A stretch of 3,540 nucleotides of DNA from Escherichia coli (GTDB lineage Bacteria > Pseudomonadota > Gammaproteobacteria > Enterobacterales > Enterobacteriaceae): the NCBI RefSeq assembly GCF_003334255.1, contig NZ_QOWU01000119.1, one strand, 5' to 3'. Below the pieces are notes generated by a model. The model had not been told where the DNA came from and did not search any database. It saw only the letters and a list, made by a program, of their open reading frames with translations. This document shows positions 1 to 3,540 of this stretch, one piece after another (the stretch's first letter is position 1; each line of letters begins with the position of its first letter). Position numbers and translations under genes: made by a program.

Positions 1-243
1 CATAAACCGGTGCAGTACTATCCCGGGAAACATCCGTGCGAAAAACCGGCAGAAATGCTGCAGCAGATAATCAGCGCGAGCAGTCGTCCGGGTGACCTGG
101 TTGCAGATTTCTTCATGGGGTCAGGTTCGACAGTCAAAGCAGCGATAGCGCTGGGACGTCGTGCAACTGGCGTTGAGCTGGAGACTGAGCGTTTTGAGCA
201 GACGGTCAGGGAAGTTCAGAATTTAGTCAGTCAGAACGGATGA
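1..243 (+). CDS. DNA methyltransferase, C-terminal part (N6_N4_Mtase-type, probably N6-adenine or N4-cytosine); 5'-truncated by the window edge
   Basis: Frame +1 is open from base 1 (HKPVQYYPGKHPCEKP...), so the GTG at 10 in the track is internal. The stop is TGA at 241-243. The sequence has an HPxxKP-type motif (HPCEKP) followed by SAM-binding motif I FxGSGST (DFFMGSGST). A C-terminal motif I is typical of beta-class amino-methyltransferases. Confidence 0.85.
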   Translation, partial: HKPVQYYPGKHPCEKPAEMLQQIISASSRPGDLVADFFMGSGSTVKAAIALGRRATGVELETERFEQTVREVQNLVSQNG

Positions 244-283
244 TATTGCAGAATTAGTTACGTACCGTTATTATCCTATGCCC

Positions 284-359
284 GGCCCTTTAGCTCAGTG
301 GTGAGAGCGAGCGACTCATAATCGCCAGGTCGCTGGTTCAAATCCAGCAAGGGCCACCA
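284..359 (+). tRNA. ileZ: tRNA-Ile2 (anticodon CAU, presumably lysidine-modified to read AUA); formally could be tRNA-Met
   Basis: A 76-nt cloverleaf was folded by hand. Acceptor stem GGCCCTT/AAGGGCC has 7 Watson-Crick pairs. D stem is GCTC/GAGC. Anticodon loop is CTCATAA (CAT). T stem is GCTGG/CCAGC with loop TTCAAAT. Discriminator A and CCA are encoded. It closely resembles my recollection of E. coli ileX, and the position matches ileZ of Stx phages. Confidence 0.9.
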
Positions 360-368
360 TATCACATA

Positions 369-445
369 CCGCCATTAGCTCATCGGGATAGAGCGCCAGC
401 CTTCGAAGCTGGCTGCGCGGGGTTCGAGTCCTCGATGGCGGTCCA
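369..445 (+). tRNA. argN: tRNA-Arg (anticodon UCG; reads CGA/CGG)
   Basis: A 77-nt cloverleaf. Acceptor stem is CCGCCAT/ATGGCGG. D stem is GCTC/GAGC with a GGGATA D-loop (Arg-type A20 context). Anticodon stem is CCAGC/GCTGG with loop CTTCGAA (TCG). T stem is CGGGG/CCTCG with one G-T pair and loop TTCGAGT. Discriminator T and CCA are encoded. It lies 9 nt after the first tRNA. The gene symbol is by analogy with the phage ileZ-argN-argO cluster and is less certain than the tRNA call. Confidence 0.85.
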
Positions 446-501
446 TTATCTGCATTATGCGTTGTTGGTTCTGATGAGTGAATCATTGTCTTTTGAGCAA
501 C

Positions 502-523
502 AGGCTATCATATAAGATAGCCT
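502..523. other. Perfect 8-bp stem hairpin (AGGCTATC-ATATAA-GATAGCCT) downstream of the tRNA pair; function unknown
   Basis: The inverted repeat is read directly from the sequence. No adjacent T-tract follows on either strand (the next bases on + are CAGACTTCCTTGTTTATT), so it is not a canonical intrinsic terminator. It could be a processing site or a protein-binding palindrome. Confidence 0.3.
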
Positions 524-711
524 CAGACTTCCTTGTTTATTCTCGCCGGATGCTTCGTAGATATTTGCAGGCATCTGTATGCAGGGGTATTATTGCGGCA
601 TATATCATCCGGAAAAATAAAAACTACATGCTGATCCGGAGATGATAGTTACAAGTCCTCCCGGATCCCGCATATTTACTATATTTTATAGATAATTGTT
701 CTTGTTAATAT

Positions 712-715
712 GGAG
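712..715 (+). promoter_or_regulatory. Shine-Dalgarno (GGAG) for the lipoprotein ORF
   Basis: GGAG lies 8 nt upstream of the ATG at 724. Confidence 0.6.
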
Positions 716-723
716 ATGGATAA

Positions 724-1152
724 ATGTATTGCCGTGCTGTACCAGTTCTTGTTTTGATATTAGCCAGTCTGACAACTGGCTGCACAAAAGATGTATCGAC
801 AAATAATTATGATGCTTCTCTGTATCACTCAGATAAATTAATAAAGTCGCAAAATTTGAGCTCATCGGAACGTACCCCTGATGCCAGTGAAGAAATCAGG
901 CAGTATGCCATTCAGGTCAGGAAAGCCATAGAAGAACAGTTAAAGGATGCGAGTAAGTATTCAGGAAAAGAGTGTTCACTGAGAATGTATATGGCCCCGA
1001 ATGGTCTTCTGCTACAGGTTAAAAGAGAAAGCGGTGATCCCGATTTATGTCGTGAAGCGATGAATGCAGTAAAGAATGCTGATATACCATCACCACCGTC
1101 TTCAGGAGTATATAAAGCATTTAGAAATGGCGTGCTGGATTTTAAACTCTGA
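724..1152 (+). CDS. Prophage-encoded lipoprotein with a TolA C-terminal (domain III)-like domain; lacks TolA domains I and II
   Basis: A complete 142-codon ORF with a Shine-Dalgarno. The N-terminus MYCRAVPVLVLILASLTTG|C has a basic n-region, a hydrophobic core and a lipobox ending at Cys20, with Thr at +2. Residues 56-142 align without gaps to my recollection of the last 87 residues of E. coli TolA. Shared blocks include YA.Q...AIE....DAS.Y.GK.C.LR...AP.G.LL..K.E.GDP.LC..A..A.K.A.IP.PPS..VY..F.N..LDFK. By hand count about 45 of 87 positions are identical, including both cysteines and the C-terminal LDFK ending. The region is visibly AT-rich and uses rare codons. Confidence 0.85.
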   Translation: MYCRAVPVLVLILASLTTGCTKDVSTNNYDASLYHSDKLIKSQNLSSSERTPDASEEIRQYAIQVRKAIEEQLKDASKYSGKECSLRMYMAPNGLLLQVKRESGDPDLCREAMNAVKNADIPSPPSSGVYKAFRNGVLDFKL

Positions 1153-1188
1153 CAGGGGGAGAAGATTTTCTCCTGTCCTGATGATTTT
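1153..1188 (+). terminator. Probable intrinsic terminator directly after the lipoprotein stop codon
   Basis: An interrupted stem is formed by CAGG (1153-1156)/CCTG (1177-1180) plus GGAGAA (1158-1163)/TTCTCC (1168-1173) with loop GATT. TTTT at 1185-1188 follows 4 nt after the stem. The T-tract is short and displaced. Confidence 0.45.
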
Positions 1189-1328
1189 GGGGCGCTGGAA
1201 AGATATTGTGCTGTGAAGTGTTAAATTCCTCACAATTCAGTAAGTTGACAGTTGCCTGTCAGACTGGGCATTTGTTAAAAAAATTTCGCATGGTGAATCC
1301 CCCTGAGCGGAGGGGCGACTGGTGACGG

Positions 1329-1334
1329 TATAAT
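1329..1334 (+). promoter_or_regulatory. Consensus -10 hexamer TATAAT (candidate promoter for the + strand small transcript)
   Basis: This is a perfect TATAAT. There is no convincing -35 at 17 bp spacing (AGCGGA). A TGGTGA repeat copy abuts it at 1320-1325. The element is supported only by a terminator about 110-130 nt downstream. Confidence 0.3.
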
Positions 1335-1340
1335 CTCTGA

Positions 1341-1462
1341 TTATCAAAACGAGAATGACGCGGGTTTAGTGGCACCGGGCTGAACTCACCGGGAGGCACC
1401 CGGCACCATGTTCATGGTGATACAGAAATGCGGCTTCAGCCCCTCTCCGGAGGGGCTTTCTT
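1341..1462 (+). ncRNA. Candidate small RNA (about 120 nt), 5' end approximate
   Basis: It is bounded by TATAAT (1329-1334) and a strong intrinsic terminator (1439-1462). Internal hairpins are CCGGG-AGGCA-CCCGG (1389-1403) and CACCAT-GTTC-ATGGTG (1404-1419). There is no credible ORF. This is prediction only, with no expression data. Confidence 0.35.
1439..1462 (+). terminator. Rho-independent terminator (+ strand)
   Basis: GCCCCTC-TCCG-GAGGGGC forms a 7-bp GC-rich stem with a 4-nt loop, immediately followed by TTTCTT. The reverse strand has no T-tract, so it is unidirectional. Confidence 0.75.
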
Positions 1463-1468
1463 ATGGAC

Positions 1469-1496
1469 AAAAAAGCCCGCGCTGGGAGACGCGGGC
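1469..1496 (-). terminator. Rho-independent terminator (- strand)
   Basis: The minus strand reads GCCCGCG-TCTCCCAG-CGCGGGC followed by TTTTTT (the plus-strand A-run at 1469-1474). The stem is 7 bp of pure GC. It is unidirectional, and it converges on the + strand terminator 6 nt away. Confidence 0.75.
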
Positions 1497-1536
1497 GGCA
1501 AGGAATAAACAATAAAACGTGAAGTAATATTTCAGC
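1469..1536 (-). ncRNA. Candidate small RNA (about 68 nt) on the minus strand, 5' end approximate
   Basis: A minus-strand promoter-like pair precedes it: TTGCGC (1572-1567), an 18-bp spacer, then TATTAT (1548-1543). The predicted transcript is GCUGAAAUAUUACUUCACGUUUUAUUGUUUAUUCCUUGCC followed by a GC hairpin and U6. It has an AU-rich, apparently unstructured 5' part and then a terminator, the usual Hfq-type sRNA layout. Prediction only. Confidence 0.35.
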
Positions 1537-1542
1537 TGGCGA

Positions 1543-1572
1543 ATAATACCCCATAGTAATCACTCTGCGCAA
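1543..1572 (-). promoter_or_regulatory. Candidate sigma70 promoter on the minus strand (-35 TTGCGC, 18-bp spacer, -10 TATTAT)
   Basis: The hexamers are read from the reverse complement. The -10 matches 5 of 6 and the -35 matches 4 of 6. The orientation and distance fit the minus-strand terminator at 1469-1496. Confidence 0.3.
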
Positions 1573-1587
1573 CTGCGCGGCCTTTTT
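1565..1587 (+). terminator. Weak terminator-like hairpin on the + strand
   Basis: CTGCGC-AACT-GCGCGG forms 6 bp including one U-G pair, then CC, then TTTTT. It overlaps the proposed minus-strand -35. The stem is short, so confidence is low. Confidence 0.25.
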
Positions 1588-1679
1588 CGTATTGCGGGCT
1601 GTAGTCTCCCTTCTGCCATTGTCCTGTAACTTCCGGACTTCAGCTCGCTCCTTATCTGACTCACAACATTATCCCGACC

Positions 1680-1686
1680 GGGAGGA
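1680..1686 (+). promoter_or_regulatory. Shine-Dalgarno (GGGAGGA) for the esterase gene
   Basis: The GGAGG core ends 4 nt before the ATG at 1690. Confidence 0.7.
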
Positions 1687-1689
1687 TTC

Positions 1690-3540
1690 ATGACATTTAA
1701 ACACTACGATGTGGTCAGGGCGGCGTCGCCGTCAGACCTTGCGGAGCGACTGACACAAAAACTGAAGGAGGGGTGGCAGCCATTTGGCAGCCCTGTGGCC
1801 ATCACGCCTTATACCCTGATGCAGGCCATTGCGGCGGAAGGTGATGTCACCACACCGGTGGTGGTGCAACCGTCGGGTGATGGTGGCGCTGTTATCAGCA
1901 CCACCAGCGAACCGGAATATTACTTTGTCATTGCGCTGGCCGGGCAGTCCAACTCGATGTCTTTTGGCGAGGGGCTGCCGCTGCCGGAGACATATGACCG
2001 TCCGGACCCGCGTATTAAACAGCTGGCGCGTCGCAGTACGGTGACGCCGGGTGGTGCCGCCTGTAAATATAACGACATCATTCCGGCAGACCACTGTCTG
2101 CATGATGTGCAGGATATGAGTAACCTGAATCATCCTCATGCAGACCTGAGTAAGGGACAGTACGGTTGTGTGGGGCATGCTCTGCATGTTGCCAAAAAGC
2201 TGCTGCCGTTTATGCCTGCGAATGCGGGTATCCTTCTTGTTCCATGTGGCCGTGGCGATTCGGGATTTACTGCGGGGGCCGAGGGGGCGTTTAACGAAGC
2301 GTCGGGAGCGACCGCAGGCTCGTCCCTGTGGGGGGCGGATAAACCGCTGTATCATGACCTGGTCAGCAGAACCCGTGCGGCCCTGAAGAAAAATCCGAAG
2401 AACGTGCTGTTATCAGTGATCTGGATGCAGGGAGAAAAAGATGTCAGTTCGGGGAGACATGCAGAACACAATGCGCTTTTCCTTGCCATGGTAAATCAGT
2501 TCCGTACGGAACTGGCAGATGTGGCAGAGCAGTGTACTGGCGGGACAACGGCCAGCGTCCCGTGGATTTGCGGTGATACCACGTACTACTGGAAGGAAAG
2601 GTATGCAGCGCCGTATGAGGCGGTTTACGGTGGGTATAAAGGCAAAGCTGCGCAGAATATTCACTTTGTGCCGTTGATGACGGATGAGCATGGTGTGAAT
2701 GTGCCGACAAACGAGCCGTCAGAAGATCCGGACATTATCCCGGCGGGATACTATGGCGCTGCGTCACGCACTGCCAGTAACTGGACGTCAGCCGATCGTA
2801 AAACGCACTTCAGTTCATGGGCGCGAAGAGGCCTTGTTTCAGACCGCCTGGCAGGTGCCATTTTGCAGTACGCCGGGCGGACATTATCGTTCCTTACCGG
2901 GCAGAGCGCACCGCAGTCGGGTGGTACAACTCCCGGTGATGATGTCAGTCCGGGGGTACCGGGTGTTGAGAAACCGCAGGATGGCGGTGTTGCTGGTACT
3001 GGTCATGATGAGGCCGTGAGCAGTACCAGGACGGTGGCTGAATATGATGCGAACAGTGGAAATGGTGTATGGACAGAGCAGCAGTGGGGGGCTGCCGGTG
3101 GCAAAGGCACTGTGACTGATGACGGTGGACGGAAAGCGCTACGACTGGAAAAACAGCCCGGTAAACTGACGTCCTGGAAAATGTTCCGTACTGTTGCAGT
3201 GGAGGAGGCAAAAAATCTTCTCAGCAAGGGGGGTGAAATTGCCGTACGGTTCAAAATTCCGGATGGAAGCGAACTGGTGAACGGACAGTTTGTCTTTGGT
3301 CTCTACTGGCCGGTGTCGCAGTGGGCGTCAGGCGCGGCAGCAAACAGTATGCTGGCATCATTCTTCCTTCAGACGGATGCATCAAATCTGAATCTTATGC
3401 ACCACAAGGGCACGTCGAATGCACAACTGGGTACATTTGGTGCGTTTGACCATAACTGGCATACGGTTGTTTTCCGCTTTGCGGGAAATAACAGCGAAAG
3501 AGTCGTTCCGGTGATTGATGGTACAGAGCAGACGGCGTTT
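1690..3540 (+). CDS. nanS-p: Prophage sialate (9-O-acetyl-neuraminate) O-acetylesterase, NanS-p type: DUF1737 N-domain, SASA/SGNH esterase domain, Gly/Pro-rich linker, lectin/LamG-like C-domain; 3'-truncated by the window edge
   Basis: I translated frame +1 from ATG 1690 by hand and found 617 sense codons with no stop through 3540. That is why the ORF track does not list it. The N-terminus MTFKHYDVVRAASPSDLAE.LTQKLKEGWQPFG matches my recollection of the DUF1737 start of Stx-phage ORF L0105/NanS-p. The esterase block-I motif AGQSNS (Ser codon at 1948-1950) and IWMQGEKD (the WxQGE motif of the SASA family) are present. The strong Shine-Dalgarno and the homogeneous GC-rich coding signal also support it. 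Confidence 0.9.
   Translation, partial: MTFKHYDVVRAASPSDLAERLTQKLKEGWQPFGSPVAITPYTLMQAIAAEGDVTTPVVVQPSGDGGAVISTTSEPEYYFVIALAGQSNSMSFGEGLPLPETYDRPDPRIKQLARRSTVTPGGAACKYNDIIPADHCLHDVQDMSNLNHPHADLSKGQYGCVGHALHVAKKLLPFMPANAGILLVPCGRGDSGFTAGAEGAFNEASGATAGSSLWGADKPLYHDLVSRTRAALKKNPKNVLLSVIWMQGEKDVSSGRHAEHNALFLAMVNQFRTELADVAEQCTGGTTASVPWICGDTTYYWKERYAAPYEAVYGGYKGKAAQNIHFVPLMTDEHGVNVPTNEPSEDPDIIPAGYYGAASRTASNWTSADRKTHFSSWARRGLVSDRLAGAILQYAGRTLSFLTGQSAPQSGGTTPGDDVSPGVPGVEKPQDGGVAGTGHDEAVSSTRTVAEYDANSGNGVWTEQQWGAAGGKGTVTDDGGRKALRLEKQPGKLTSWKMFRTVAVEEAKNLLSKGGEIAVRFKIPDGSELVNGQFVFGLYWPVSQWASGAAANSMLASFFLQTDASNLNLMHHKGTSNAQLGTFGAFDHNWHTVVFRFAGNNSERVVPVIDGTEQTAF

Larger units (their letters stand above)
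1..3540. mobile_element. Segment of a lambdoid (Stx-phage-like) prophage: late-operon accessory region downstream of the Q/pR' area
   Basis: The gene order is methyltransferase, then tRNA-Ile2(CAU) and tRNA-Arg, then a cargo gene, then a DUF1737-sialate esterase (nanS-p). This matches my recollection of the region between Q and the lysis genes in 933W/Sp5-type phages. All genes are co-oriented. No phage ends or integrase lie in the window, so the boundaries are unknown. Confidence 0.75.

Noticed and set aside
446-723. Search for a third tRNA (argO-like), stx remnants or a Fur-box-type stx1 promoter downstream of the tRNA pair
   Set aside because: No acceptor/T-arm pairing or GTTCGAATC-type T-loop could be folded, and no ORF is present. 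The TCCGGA-containing repeats (about 606-640) form only a bulged long-loop hairpin with no clear meaning.
762-781. Perfect 7-bp hairpin AGCCAGT-CTGACA-ACTGGCT inside the signal-peptide/lipobox coding region
   Set aside because: It lies within a well-supported CDS and the sequence is constrained by the encoded ASLTTGC. No independent evidence supports a regulatory role.
1245-1250. Perfect -35 hexamer TTGACA
   Set aside because: No acceptable -10 lies at 16-19 bp (GCATTT/CATTTG). The hexamer is also part of a small palindrome, TGACAG-TTGC-CTGTCA (1246-1261). It is not supportable as a promoter.
1408-1515. 35-aa + strand ORF (MFMVIQKCGFSPSPEGLSYGQKSPRWETRAARNKQ) with GGGAGG 11 nt upstream
   Set aside because: It spans both terminator hairpins, so a transcript ending at 1462 would lack its stop. 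The Shine-Dalgarno spacing is long. The ORF is more simply explained as a by-product of structured non-coding RNA.
1518-1536. Short similarity or complementarity of GUGAAGUAAUAU / AUAUUACUUCAC to the FnrS seed region, raising the idea of an AsxR-like anti-sRNA
   Set aside because: Only a 7-mer (GAAGUAA) matched, and that was against my recollection of FnrS. That is too short and too memory-dependent to claim.
1366-1572. 68-aa minus-strand ORF in the intergenic region, with a short hydrophobic stretch that briefly suggested a type I toxin
   Set aside because: It would have to be translated through the minus-strand intrinsic terminator (1496-1469) and the complement of the + terminator. It has no Shine-Dalgarno. 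The hydrophobic run is short and interrupted by His, Pro and Cys.
1732-2355. 207-aa ORF on the minus strand
   Set aside because: It lies entirely antisense to the nanS-p reading frame. Its Arg/Cys/His-rich low-complexity composition is typical of the reverse frame of a GC-rich gene. It has no Shine-Dalgarno and no recognisable motifs.
1829-3254. Remaining track ORFs inside the esterase gene (1829-2044 +, 2168-2386 +, 2699-3019 +, 2413-2691 -, 2444-2710 -, 2945-3211 -, 3003-3254 -)
   Set aside because: They are off-frame or antisense overlaps of a well-supported 617-codon ORF. Their Arg/Pro/His-rich junk composition is uninformative, and several overlap one another.
1-3540. CRISPR arrays, IS or transposase ends, integrase or att sites, retron-like msr/msd
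   Set aside because: There are no regularly spaced repeats, no terminal inverted repeats flanking a transposase-like ORF, and no reverse transcriptase or recombinase coding capacity in any frame.

Overview
This window looks like the late-regulatory and accessory (moron) region of a lambdoid, Stx-phage-like enterobacterial prophage, all on the + strand. In order it holds: the 3' end of a DNA methyltransferase (1-243); two phage tRNAs, tRNA-Ile2(CAU) at 284-359 and tRNA-Arg(UCG) at 369-445; an AT-rich cargo cassette; about 540 bp of structured non-coding DNA; and the first 617 codons of a NanS-p-type sialate O-acetylesterase (1690-3540, running off the window). The ORF track omits that last gene because it has no stop in the window. 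The cassette encodes a 142-aa lipoprotein (724-1152) whose C-terminal 87 residues resemble TolA domain III. It sits where 933W/Sp5-type phages, as I recall them, carry stxAB. This un-anchored TolA-III lipoprotein is the most interesting object; I propose a periplasmic decoy or Tol-Pal interference role, which is untested. The non-coding stretch (1153-1689) contains back-to-back convergent intrinsic terminators that delimit two candidate small RNAs. It also contains a consensus GcvB target motif just upstream of the esterase ribosome-binding site. The remaining track ORFs between 1366 and 3254 are off-frame or antisense artefacts. All homology statements come from my memory of family sequences and motifs, not from a search, and need verification.
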